Made by a program: the position numbers and the translations under genes
Notes under the pieces: model-generated
What the model was told of the DNA's origin: nothing
Databases searched by the model: none
What the model saw: the letters and a program-made list of their open reading frames with translations, nothing else
From: Eledone cirrhosa
Lineage: Eukaryota
Direction: 5' to 3'
Length of the DNA: 64,000 nt
Assembly (NCBI GenBank): GCA_964016885.1
Contig: OZ024740.1
Location: 412,424,001-412,488,000 of the forward strand
Part shown: positions 43,746 to 55,755 of the stretch, piece by piece
How positions within the stretch are numbered: position 1 is the first letter of the stretch
Layout: each line of letters starts with the position of its first letter

Positions 43746-45346
43746 TTAGCTGTATACTTTGTGGAATGTTTTGTGGAATTTATGCAAGCAGATAGAAAAC
43801 AAGTCAGTGCGTCTATTTATTATAGAATCTAAATTAGATATAATGGTAAATTTTTCATTTAGACAGAGATTGCAAATTTTGGATAGAGAACTGTTCAAGT
43901 ATGGAGACGCAGAAGAAACCTTCTTCCAAAAGATGCTATATTTAATATTTTTGTCTATCAAGGACCATATGAGCTCTGAGAGAGCCGTGTTGGTTCTTTT
44001 AAGTTTGTATTTAAAAGACGAATGATGGTTATAAAGACGAGCTTTAAAAGAGGTTGAAGTGGAGCCGAAATAGGTGAACGAATTGGTGTCAGTTATAACT
44101 TTACATTCGTAAATTAAGTTTTTATCAAGACAATGGTTGTTGAGAGGACATTTATTTTTAACAGGGCAATTGCAATTGTGATTAGAGAGATTATTAACGA
44201 GTGACCTAGTGTTATCTATAGAAGGAATTGGATTGGAGAAGTTATTTGCGATAGGAATAATAGTTTCTCTATTTAGAATGGGGTTAAGAACATTTAGCGA
44301 AGTTGTGTTTGACGTTGTATCTGGGTTTGCAGAAATTAGCCTAGGGTTTACAATGACGTCGGGAGTACTATTACTATTATTATGATATTCAGTGTTGGAA
44401 GGAAAAGATTTAGTATTTAGTAGTTTATTGTTGTGTTTAGAGATAATGTTGGAAATGTTGGAGGATGTAGAATAGGAAAATTTTATAGTGTGTTTGTTAA
44501 ATATTTTACTATAGATATTTGAGGGAGGGAAGCATTTATTTAAGGCACTAAAGAATAATTTAGGAATATTGTATTAATAGAGATGGAGAAAGGAGCATTA
44601 TACCAGATTATGTTTTTGTATATCGGTCTTTTATTAAAGTTATTGGAATGATCATGATTAATTATTCTACTGTAAGTTCTTCTAGAATTTGTTTCTTTAC
44701 TATATTTGATTTTATCAGGATAGCCGGCTTTAGAAAGCGCGTTATTATAGTAATTGGCGTTAGCATCAAAGATGTTTTTATTAGAAGATAGGTTAGATAT
44801 TCATTTTCCAATATTACTAACTATAGCATTCTTGATATTAGTAGGATGGTTAGATTTAAAGTTAACATAATTTAGGTTCTCATTGGTTTTATGGTAAGGG
44901 TAATATAGGCCAGTGTCAAGATTAAGAGATACATCCAAGAAATTAGCTAGTTTGATACTGTTATCAAATTCAGTTTTTAGGTTATGTTGGTTAAAGAGAT
45001 TACGTATATTGTTCTGAAAAATATTAAGGTTAACTATATTGCAATTTAAGATAGTAAAGAGTCCATCGTCACGATAAATTCCACCGCGAAGTTGAGGAAT
45101 TTTCCGACTCAAAGAGTTCAAAATAAAGATACCAATTAAATCTGTCAATTGGGATGAATCGGATGCTCCCATTTTGATGTCTAAGTTGTTAGAGGTATCG
45201 GCTCTGGTCCAATATTCGTTGTTGAACTCTCGGATGGTTTTACGTGCGGTGAGAATGATGTGAAGTTCATCTGTGGTGATGTCAGAATATTTAAGTGCGA
45301 AAGATAGAGCATTATTGAGAAGTGAAGGCGAAACACTGAATATCAT
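43746..45346 (-). pseudogene. PLE RT + GIY-YIG, disrupted (EN part duplicated on + at ~45345-45981)
   Basis: MGASDSSQ, GIYRDDGL and NFLDVSLNL, then CNCPVKNKCPLNNHCL..LIYEC...TYFGST and CNLCLNEK. In-frame stop at 44801 plus frameshifts. Confidence 0.9.
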
Positions 45347-46986
45347 AATAATAGTAATAGTACTCCCGACGTCATTGTAAACCCTAGGCTAATTTCTGCA
45401 AACCCAAATACAACGTCAAACACAACTTCGCTAAATGTTCTTAATCCCATTCTAAATCAAGAAACTATTATTCCTATCGCAAATAACTTCTCCAATCCAA
45501 TTCCTTCTATAGATAACACTAGGTCACTTGTTAATAATCTCTCTAATCACAATTGCAATTGCCCTGTTAAAAATAAATGTCCTCTCAACAACCATTGTCT
45601 TGATAAAAACTTAATTTACGAATGTAAAGTTATAACTGACACCAATTCCTTCACCTATTTTGGCTCCACTTCAACCTCTTTTAAAGATCGTCTTTATAAC
45701 CATCATTCGTCTTTTAAATACAAACTTAAAAGAACCAACACGGCTCTCTCAGAGCTCATATGGTCCTTGATAGACAAAAATATTAAATATAGCATCTTTT
45801 GGAAGAAGGTTTCTTCTGCGTCTCCATACTTGATAGTTCTCTATCCAAAATTTGCAATCTCTGTCTAAATGAAAAATTTACCGTTATATCTAATTTAGAT
45901 ACTATAATAAATAGACGCACTGACTTGTTTTCTATATGCTTGCATAAATTCCACAAAACATTCCACAAAGTATACAGCTAATATTCTTTATCAATTTAGA
46001 ATCTTTTTCTCAAAGGCACATATATATATATACACTTCTTTAAACATATACCCATCTTTCTACCTTATTTCAAAGGTTATTATACATTCTATAATACGTG
46101 TTACTCATTCTATATATCGCTCCTATTTATCACTTCCCTTTCTTCTCTTTTTCTTTTAATGTCTAACCTCTAATCTGTACCTTTTCTCACTGTTGCCTAA
46201 CATAGAATCAATTATTACATAATACAATACATTCTTACTCTATATCACCTTGTAAAAATCCTTCGTAAACAAGAATTTTTTTGACGTTAGGTTATTCATC
46301 CTCAATTCATTATTTTTTTCTCCCTTTCATCTAACTCATTCATGCTCATCTCACAATATATCCTTACTTAAACTACCTGTTATTCTTTTTAATAATACAT
46401 ATCAACATTTTCTTTCCATCGCACATATTATTAAACCCTTAATATCATTCTTAATACATATTAACTTTTTCTTTTCCATCGCACATGTTATTAAAACCTT
46501 AAATATTATTCTTAATACATATTAACATTTTCTTTTCATCGCACATGTTATTAAGCCCTTAAATATTATTCTTAATACATATTAACATTTTCTTTTCATC
46601 GCACATATTATTAAACCCCTCAATATACAAACCTTAACTTTATTTTTACATTATTTTTCTCTTCGTTAATTTTCAAATTCTTTTAATGTATACATTATCT
46701 TCCAACGGTTTTCAACCTCTCTATGTAAAACAATATATCTGTCTCAGTTATAAAAGCTATCTCTCTCTCTCTATCACCCATCTTTCCTCCTATCTCATCC
46801 TTCCTCATTATACTCCTCCCTCTCCACTTTTTACTCTCATCTCCTCCTCTTTTTCATCCCCCCCCCCCGCCTCAAAATAAATATTTTTTCCCAATATCAC
46901 ACATCAATCTAAAACTACTTTTCATATGTTGATTTAAAACCGCACTATCCACAAGTCTTTTTTAACCTTCATATCACGTCTTCCTG

Positions 46987-47053
46987 TTTTAGCTGATGAA
47001 AACACAACTATTATTGCATGATGATATTTGTTTTTGAAATGCGCATAATAAAA
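46987..47053 (+). ncRNA. HHR, mirror copy in the inverted arm
   Basis: CTGATGA at 46993; GAAA-tgcgca-TA; stem I mismatch next to the core. Confidence 0.65.
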
Positions 47054-47085
47054 TACATGGAACTCTTTTAACCATCTTTTGTTCT

Positions 47086-47143
<58 letters not shown>

Positions 47144-47347
47144 TAGTTTAAAAAGATCCCGTTAAGGGTGAAAGCAGCGATTCTATTGCTTTAACTTTAA
47201 TCTGTTATGTTAATAAATATTTGCTCTACGGTTCTTATATATTTGATATATATTTATCCTTATCGAGCCCTCTTTGGATTTTAGTCTTCAAATTTATTAT
47301 TATTAATAGATATATATATATATATATAAATATTATAAATATTTATA

Positions 47348-47479
<132 letters not shown>

Positions 47480-47489
47480 AATATTATAA

Positions 47490-47599
<110 letters not shown>

Positions 47600-47833
47600 G
47601 GAGGTGAGTTTTATTGTAGTACAATAAAGCAATGCAGATATCGGATAAGAAGCACTCTACAGTTTGTAGGACTGGAGTATACATAATATATAAGATCAAA
47701 AGATGGTTAAAGGAGTTCCATGTATTTTATTATGCGCATTTCAAAAACAAACATCATCATACAATAATCAACATGTTGATTTAAAACTGCACTATCCACA
47801 AGTGTTTTTTAGCCTTCATATCATGTTCTCCTG

Positions 47834-47900
47834 TTTTATCTGATGAAAACACAAATATTATTGCATGATGATGTTTGTTTTTGAAATGCGCATAATAAAA
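47834..47900 (+). ncRNA. HHR in a separate fold-back copy of the same PLE end (47596-47935)
   Basis: ttttat-CTGATGA-aaacacaaatat...GAAA-tgcgca-TA-ataaaa. Confidence 0.8.
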
Positions 47901-47980
47901 TACATGGAACTCCTTTAACCATCTTTTGATTTTATATATTATATATATATATATATAGATAGATATATAAACATATATAT

Positions 47981-48127
<147 letters not shown>

Positions 48128-48457
48128 ATATTGAGAAACACACAGATACATGCGGACACATACATATATATGAATATATCCACATCCATCCTTGAGTTAA
48201 TGGTGCCAACCTTAACCGATGTTGCTCTATGAAATACTGGGACAAACCAATCCGAATGGATCAGACTGAACCAGTATCAGAGCTAAAAGTACATTATGAA
48301 GAGAGAAGAAACATTTAGATATAATTAGTAATAAGATGTATCATACTTAGCTCTGTTTCTTGACCGTCGTATCACGTGATTGACTCCCCCTCCGCCTTTT
48401 GGAATTCTATCTCTCACATCTTATAGACGTGCTCTCTGAAGCTAGTAAAATGAGGTA

Positions 48458-48547
48458 TCCTCTTGATAAGCCGGCAGACCTCACAAAAGCTCTATATCTC
48501 TATGATGTATTGTTTTTGATTATGCCACGAAACTACGTAGTCGAGGA
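48458..48547 (+). ncRNA. HHR with U3-A8 core variant, inside an IR-bounded unit (48290-48616)
   Basis: tcctc-TTGATAA-gccggca...tgccac-GAAA-ctacgtag (palindrome)-TC-gagga. Confidence 0.65.
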
Positions 48548-48611
48548 ATCTAGAAGGTATGATACATCTTATTGCTAATTATATTTAAATATTTCTTCTC
48601 TCCTCTTCATA

Positions 48612-48644
<33 letters not shown>

Positions 48645-48650
<6 letters not shown>

Positions 48651-49421
48651 TAAAGAATTAATATCTAGTAACATATACATACATACAGATGCCTATCAAT
48701 GCTAGCAAATATATAGGTTTTGTCTTAGTAACTTTGTGGTTCAATGCATGGGGTTGCAGAACAATAATATGAGAGACGTAAAATAAGAAAATTATAAAAT
48801 TAACTTACTTACTAAAATTTCACTCCCAACTAATTAGTTTCTGAAATGGAATAAATATACTTTCCGAAGAAAATATTGAGAAGCATTGCGTCATCAGGGA
48901 AGACTATTCTCAGCTAAGTATCCAGGCAAAGCGTGGACTCTGGAAACTTATACAAAAATAATTCAGTGGATAGAAAATAGCAAAGCGTGGACTGAATTCC
49001 TAGCCATTGAGAAAATCACTGCCTCTGCGTCGGTGGCAAATTCAAAAAGAATCAATCACGTGACATCGAGGTCAATCAGTGGAAAGTGGTTTGTTAATAA
49101 GACAGCGGCCTGCCTGCTACCATAGCAGCAGTCTTGGCCAATATTACTCGACAAATAATTTGGAGATAATTATAAAGAATGAATATCTAGTAACATATAT
49201 ATACATACAGATGCATATCAATGCTAGCAAATATATAGGTTTGTCTTAGTAACTTTGTGGTTCAATGCATGGGGTTGCAGAACAATAATATGAGAGATGT
49301 AAAATAAGAAAATTATAAAATTAACTTACTTACTAAAAGTATATTTATTCCATTTCAGAAATAATTAGTTGGGAGTAAAATTTTAGTAAGTAAGTTAATT
49401 TTATAATTTTCTTATTTTACG

Positions 49422-49430
<9 letters not shown>
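48645..49430 (-). repeat. Diverged relative of the 555-bp unit: ~1.3 tandem copies plus an inverted end; HHR at 48823-48902
   Basis: Reverse complement ttcc-CTGATGA-cgcaatg...catttca-GAAA-ctaattag-TT-ggga. 48645-48820 is repeated at ~49168-49338. Confidence 0.85.
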
Positions 49431-49489
<59 letters not shown>

Positions 49490-49710
49490 GGATTAACAAA
49501 TAATAGTTAAATGCAGTCCACTTAGGTGAAGTCCAGTTATGGTATTCCAGGTAGTGGATGATATTAACGCTTGGCTTGGTTTGACTCAACAAGGCGTTTT
49601 CATAGTGATGCTGCGGGTATGCCGTAATTCCTATGTTGTAAACACTTGGAGTAATAATAAATCAGGAAAGAAGGTTTACATGGTTTGCTATACAAAAAAG
49701 TTTTTAATCA

Positions 49711-49823
49711 CATAGCTTACATTTGTTTCACTGAACTAGTATGTCTAGAGATCGCTATTCGCTTAATTTTGCGTTACTCGATCGCCAATACAGAATTATA
49801 ACCAGTCAGATCTTCGGAGCATG
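49711..49823 (-). ncRNA. HHR candidate in the pLTR with CCGAAGA core (second copy 53208-53320)
   Basis: Reverse complement catgct-CCGAAGA-tctgactggt...actagttcagt-GAAA-caaatg-TA-agctatg. Confidence 0.55.
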
Positions 49824-50218
49824 CGAGAATGAAGAAAATACACAGGCAAGAAAAGAAAAGAAAATACAGGCTACTATATGAAGTAGTAATGGCATTCAAT
49901 TAGAACAATAACAACAATTACAACAATGCTATCAATAAATTATTTAAGGAGACCCTGACATTACTTAGGTGGGGGGTATATAATGTATCTAATGTTACGG
50001 CGTGTAAAACTAGCTGTCATAAGGCAAAATGAAGCGTTGGCATGTACAAAGTATCGTAGTGTATATCAATTTTAAATTATAAAGATAAGCTAGTTTTTAC
50101 AGTCTTTCTCTTCATCTTCAACAGTATACATGAGTGGGACCACTGTCAAAGCTAAATAGTTGTTGAGTTAATACAGAGGTTAACGAATTAATATACGCAT
50201 ATATTTACGCACACACAT

Positions 50219-50273
<55 letters not shown>

Positions 50274-50593
50274 TACACATGCATGTGTACACAGACACAT
50301 ACATACACATCAATATACACTCCTACAAAAATATACATACATGCAAAGAGATAAGCGTGCTAATTGTAATTATGGCAAAAAGAAGGTAAAGTAACATTGT
50401 AGTAGTGAAATGAGACAAACTAGGATTTAGGATCAAATGATGGCAGCAGCTGAGAAGGAGTAAGATTGTTGGTAGATGAGGTACTTACAGACAATTGTGT
50501 GGTATAGGCTTGTGAAGGATATAGTATACTTAATGAATATATTTCTGTGGGTAGTAGGTATCCTAATTTAAAGCTATGTTATGTTGGTTCGAT

Positions 50594-52978
50594 TCACGGA
50601 GGTTTGAATCTTATGAATTTAGTGGCTATTCTATGTCTGCAGAAGATAGATCTTTCTAACTTATTGTTAAGTAGCCTTTTAACATTTCTAAGGATATACA
50701 ATAGCTCAAGATCACATAGCCCGCAATGGGACATCCCTGTACTATAGGTTTTAGCAGCCGACAACTTCGACCAGTTGATACTGTAGTTAGTGTTGCTGTC
50801 CTTTAATTCCCATATTTTTTTGGCGAGGGTGGTGGAACCCATAAGTGCACGGTTTTTCATTGAGTGTCTGTGCACATACCATCTTTTCTTAAAAGAACCC
50901 GCTGTGGATCCTATGTAATTCCAGGTGGAGTTACCCGAGATGACAGTGCACATGTACACCAGGCTCGAATCGAGACATCTATTCGCCAATGGGCACCTAT
51001 CTGGGAGGTGGCAGTTACAGTTTGAGGCGCTATTTTGTGCAGCTTTTACATTCCTGTTTAGTACTCTGTTATAAGTGGGTTGTGATATATGCCCAATGGG
51101 GTTTTGCTGCTGCGCGTTTGTATGCGCTTGTGGTTGTGATGTTGTGATGAGTTTGTGCTTATGTATAGGTGCAATTGATTTACTAGAGATATTTCTGTGG
51201 TTGATCTTGCGTATGTGTGATTCTATGTTAGCTGCTGTTGAGAATGAGAGTTTTATAGTAGATCTATTGAGTATTTTGTGATATCTATGCGAGATAGCGA
51301 AGTGTTTATCTATTAGTTTAAAGAATGTAGAGGGCAGTCTAGTTTTTATAGAGGAGTTGAATATTGGGTTGAACCATAGGTATTTTCTTTGTCTGTTTCT
51401 TCTACTGTTTCTTGGGTTTACGTTATTAGTGTTTTGGCCGTTTACTCCAGGTGTTACATGTCTAACCCTATGTCTAGTCAAGCTATTCCTATTATTATGT
51501 GAGCGGTTGGAGTAGTAATTACTAGGATTGTTTATGTTGTCCTTATTCACTATATACTGTAGTTTATCTTTATGACCGGCCCTACTTAATGCTGCATTAT
51601 AATAGTCAGCATGCTCGTTAAATATTTCTAGGTTTGAGGATAAGCGGGATATTCGGAGGGATATACTACGTGCTATGGATTTAATTATGGATTTGGGGTG
51701 ATTTGAGTTGTAACTAATGTAGGCAAGATTTTCATTATTTTTGTGGAAAGGTTCTATTAATCCAGTATTTAGATTTAGAGTTACATCTAGAAAATTTACC
51801 TTCTTATGGTTTAGTTCGTAGGTAATACTTAGGCCTAGTTTTTTGAAGAATATTCTAATATTTTTACTTAGTCTTTCCATGCTCTGGTTGTTTAGGTTCC
51901 TAGCTATAAGTAACGTGTCGTCCCTATAAATTCCTCCTTGGAAGTTACTGAATTCCTTATGTAGGTTGTGTGCTATGAATAGCCCCACGATATCTATGAT
52001 TTGCGCAGAATCATTTGATCCCATTGTTATATCGAAGCTATTTATTCTATCCTTTCTTACCCAGTAGTTATTTTCAAATGTTATGATAGTCCTTCTAGCC
52101 GCTATTATTATTTCAATTTCATCATGGGTAAGATCAGAGTTATTTTGGGCAAATATAAGCGCCTTATATAGGGTAGCTGGGGATATGGATGCATAATAGT
52201 CATCTATATCAAATTGTATGAAGTTACACGTCTCCCTATTTTGTATTTTATCGAACCATTTAATTGCCTCGTTAGTGTTGCCCCATAAATTGATTTCTAG
52301 TTTACCCTTTATTTGTGCGCTTACCCTATCTAGAATGTTCTTGCTAATTTTACCTATGTCTGACTTGGATGGGCATATTAATCTAAAGGTGGGATTAGTT
52401 TCAAAGTTATTTTTGTGATCTTTCAGGTTAAATGTAGGGTTGCACGGGGTTAGCGGTTCGGTCCTATCTGAAATTCCGAGTTTATTAACTATCTTGAGGC
52501 CCTCCATGTTAATGCTGGTGAGTGTAGATTCATTTGTTTTTTTATATTTTTTATGTAGTTCACGCTGAATAAAGTTATTGTATGTGTTAATGTCCATAGA
52601 GTATACGTTTGATGTTTTGTCTGCTTTTACTATGATACCGTTAGTGTCTTTTAGTTTTTTAAGTAATGTATTTAAGTCATTTGGCAATTTGTTGTGATTT
52701 GTTCTTTTTTTAAATTTAGTTTCACTTATCATGTTCATAAGGTCCAGCTCGAAGGCATCGAGTGCGGGGTTGTTTGGCGGGTTTTTGCAGGATTTAAACC
52801 CGTAATTCTCCTTGGAAAATTCCCTTCCGTTGGTATTCGGTCCCTTATCGAAATGGTAAGCTTTCCATCGGACCCTGCGGATGAAATCATTAGTCCGTCG
52901 TATCATGCCCAGTGTATAGTCCTTTTTTGTAGGTACAGGTATGTTTTTTAGTGACATACCTATACAGTGCTTCTCCAT
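50594..52978 (-). CDS. PLE polyprotein: reverse transcriptase + C-terminal GIY-YIG endonuclease (794 aa, uninterrupted)
   Basis: N-terminal SLKNIPVP...FIRRVRWKAYHF; LKDHK; FDIDDYY; MGSNDSA; IYRDD; NFLDVTL; CNC...CPL...CL; LVYMC...YIGST; CGLCDLE; CRH. Confidence 0.95.
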   Translation of the reverse strand: MEKHCIGMSLKNIPVPTKKDYTLGMIRRTNDFIRRVRWKAYHFDKGPNTNGREFSKENYGFKSCKNPPNNPALDAFELDLMNMISETKFKKRTNHNKLPNDLNTLLKKLKDTNGIIVKADKTSNVYSMDINTYNNFIQRELHKKYKKTNESTLTSINMEGLKIVNKLGISDRTEPLTPCNPTFNLKDHKNNFETNPTFRLICPSKSDIGKISKNILDRVSAQIKGKLEINLWGNTNEAIKWFDKIQNRETCNFIQFDIDDYYASISPATLYKALIFAQNNSDLTHDEIEIIIAARRTIITFENNYWVRKDRINSFDITMGSNDSAQIIDIVGLFIAHNLHKEFSNFQGGIYRDDTLLIARNLNNQSMERLSKNIRIFFKKLGLSITYELNHKKVNFLDVTLNLNTGLIEPFHKNNENLAYISYNSNHPKSIIKSIARSISLRISRLSSNLEIFNEHADYYNAALSRAGHKDKLQYIVNKDNINNPSNYYSNRSHNNRNSLTRHRVRHVTPGVNGQNTNNVNPRNSRRNRQRKYLWFNPIFNSSIKTRLPSTFFKLIDKHFAISHRYHKILNRSTIKLSFSTAANIESHIRKINHRNISSKSIAPIHKHKLITTSQPQAHTNAQQQNPIGHISQPTYNRVLNRNVKAAQNSASNCNCHLPDRCPLANRCLDSSLVYMCTVISGNSTWNYIGSTAGSFKKRWYVHRHSMKNRALMGSTTLAKKIWELKDSNTNYSINWSKLSAAKTYSTGMSHCGLCDLELLYILRNVKRLLNNKLERSIFCRHRIATKFIRFKPP

Positions 52979-53979
52979 GTTGTTGCCGTGCGTTAATGGA
53001 GCTAAATATACGGATTAACAAATAATAGTTAAATGCAGTCCACTTAGGTGAAGTCCAGTTATGGTATTCCAGGTAGTGGATGATATTAACGCTTGGCTTG
53101 GTTTGACTCAACAAGGCGTTTTCATAGTGATGTTGTAAACACTTGGAGTAATAATAAATCAGGAAAGAAGGTTTACATGGTTTGCTATACAAAAAAGTTT
53201 TTAATCACATAGCTTACATTTGTTTCACTGAACTGGTATGTCTAGAGATCGCTATTCGCTTAATTTTGCGTTACTCGATCGCCAATACAGAATTATAACC
53301 AGTCAGATCTTCGGAGCATGCGAGAATGAAGAAAATACACAGGCAAGAAAAGAAAAGAAAATACAGGCTACTATATGAAGTAGTAATGGCATTCAATTAG
53401 AACAATAACAACAATTACAACAATGCTATCAATAAATTATTTAAGGAGACCCTGACATTACTTAGGTGGGGGGTATATACTGTATCTAATGTTACGGCGT
53501 GTAAAACTAGCTGTCATAAGGCAAAATGAAGCGTTGGCATGTACAAAGTATCGTAGTGTATATCAATTTTAAATTATAAAGATAAGCTAATTTTTACAGT
53601 CTTTCTCTTCATCTTCAACAGAATACATGAGTGGGACCAACGCTTCATTTTGCCTTATGACAGCTAGTTTTACACGCCGTAACATTAGATACATTATATA
53701 CCCCCCACCTAAGTAATGTCAGGGTCTCCTTAAATAATCCTTGTGCCGGTAAAATATTTTCGATCATGTTTACACGTAAATTAAATATAATCGATCAAAA
53801 TATTCACGGCTATTTCGAATCACACCCCATCTAACTTTATTCTTCCTTACTATATAACATCACCGGTAATGCTTATATTAACACACTATTCTATAGTTAC
53901 ACAAGTTACTTGCTCCATATTTCTCACGTGTTCCATTTACATTTCCAATGGTTGCTTTTAATTTATTTTATCTAGGCAA

Positions 53980-54281
53980 CCTGTTGGTGCCATGATAAAA
54001 CACACTTAGCCTTTTCTATAAAGTGGTGGTGCCGGAGCTACAATAAAGAACATCCAGTCTACCCTGTAAGGTGGTAGTGCTGGAGTCACAACAAAATGCT
54101 CTCAATACATTTTGTAAAGCGGTTGGCATTAGGAAGGGCATCACGTCATAGAAACCAAACCCCAAATGGAACATTTAGGCAAGACATAGTAATCTGACTT
54201 GACTAGCTTCAGATTATGACAAGCTATCTAACCCATGCAGGCTTGGAAAATAGATATATTATAGTGGTGATGATGATGATT
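53980..54281 (+). mobile_element. Degenerate SINE/LINE-tail repeat ending in (GAT)n
   Basis: Internal ~45-bp repeats, ggttggcattaggaagggcatc, and a tgatgatgat tail. Confidence 0.5.
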
Positions 54282-54454
54282 ATATATATATATCCATAAA
54301 TGTTGATTTTTACGCTTGACTGCCATATAAATTATTAATCATATATTGTTTGACCGATTAATTGAAAGAATCAAAGGCGGAATTTAAAAAAATACCTTCA
54401 TTCTCCAATCCTGGTAATCATATATATATATGTCAATGTGCGTTGACGTTCAAG

Positions 54455-54781
54455 CATAGATGAGTTGAGAGAGAGACTGTGTATAAGAGGGATTAGTTGT
54501 GGTGTGCGGGAGAGAAAACTGAGATGGTATGCACATGTAATGCACATGCATGATGACCGCTGGGTAAAGAAATATCAAGAAATCCCAGTAGAAGGAAGGC
54601 GTAGTAGAGGAAGTCCACGAAAAACATGGGCGTGGGTGGTGAGAGCAGACCCAAGATCGCTGAAGCTCACGGAGGTAATGACGAAGGACCGTGACAAGTG
54701 GAGAGATGCTGTGCTGAATAGAACCCGTCCAACTCTTGCAAGCAGGGAAAAGCGAACGTAAAATGATGATAATGTTGATGA
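54455..54781 (+). mobile_element. RTE-clade LINE 3' fragment
   Basis: ELRERL...RERKLRWYAHV...EGRRSRGSPRKTW, followed by a (GAT)-rich tail. Confidence 0.8.
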
Positions 54782-54923
54782 TATATATATTGCAGAGTCA
54801 AATATGAAATTGGTAGAAAAAACACATATGAACATATGCCTCACTACAAATTTCATACTTGATGACCCAATATATATGTATGTGTGTGTATCTCATGGTG
54901 TGCATGTGTATGTATGCATATGC

Positions 54924-54964
<41 letters not shown>

Positions 54965-55152
54965 TAATTTAATATATCAACTAACATAGGCGCACAGATG
55001 CACGTCCATGCCAGCAAATACACAGGTTATGTCATAGTACCTAGGTGGTTCAATGCAGGAGGGTGCAGAACAATAATATAAAAGACGTAAAATAAGAAAA
55101 TATTTTTTAAAAAAATTTTTTTAAAATTTTTTACTTACTTACTTAAATTTTC

Positions 55153-55234
55153 ACTCCAACTAATTAGTTTCTGCAATGGGATAAAGACAGTTACATAATT
55201 CAACTGTCGAGAATTCATTGCGTCATCAGGGAGT
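55153..55234 (-). ncRNA. HHR in the inverted unit of the 555-bp array
   Basis: Reverse complement of the motif at 55674-55755. Confidence 0.8.
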
Positions 55235-55673
55235 CTATTCTCAGCTGAGCCTCCAGGCAATGCGCGGACACTGGCGGCTCATATAAAAATAATAATTCGG
55301 TAGAAAGAACAGCTAGGCGAGGACTGGATTCTATGTACTGAAATTCTCACTGCTTCCAGTCAAATGGCCGATTCTAAAGAATCAATCACGTGACATAGAG
55401 GCTAGTTAGAAGGAATGGGATGGTAAGATGACTGACGCCTACTAACACCCCAAAAAAAATTTTGAAGTGGTTTTGGCAGGTTTGCTCGCCCATTCCTTCT
55501 AACTAGCCTCTATGTCACGTGATTGATTCTTTAGAATCGGCCATTTGACTGGAAGCAGTGAGAATTTCAGTACATAGAATCCAGTCCTCGCCTAGCTGTT
55601 CTTTCTACCGAATTATTATTTTTATATGAGCCGCCAGTGTCCGCGCATTGCCTGGAGGCTCAGCTGAGAATAG

Positions 55674-55755
55674 ACTCCCTGATGACGCAATGAATTCTCG
55701 ACAGTTGGATTATGTAACTGTCTTTATCCCATTGCAGAAACTAATTAGTTGGAGT
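55674..55755 (+). ncRNA. Type I HHR, first of 10 plus-strand copies (CTGATGA at 55679, 56234, 56788, 57343, 57898, 58453, 59007, 59562, 60117, 60672)
   Basis: actcc-CTGATGA-cgcaatg[gacagtt...aactgtc]cattgca-GAAA-ctaattag-TT-ggagt. The copy at 56234 has GAAA changed to TAAA. Confidence 0.85.

Larger units (their letters stand above)
49486..53740 (-). mobile_element. Full-length Naiad-type Penelope-like element with direct pLTRs and a short 5' inversion
   Basis: pLTRs 49486-50142 and 53006-53640 are nearly identical. 53636-53740 is an inverted copy of ~53436-53535. The 3' end lies in (TA)n. Confidence 0.92.

Noticed and set aside
44801-44803. In-frame TGA in a Naiad-type ORF as possible selenocysteine (some Naiads are selenoproteins)
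   Set aside because: It aligns to Arg in both relatives (SIRISSL, SLRISRL), so CGA>TGA decay is more likely. The intact ORF has no internal TGA, and I saw no SECIS.
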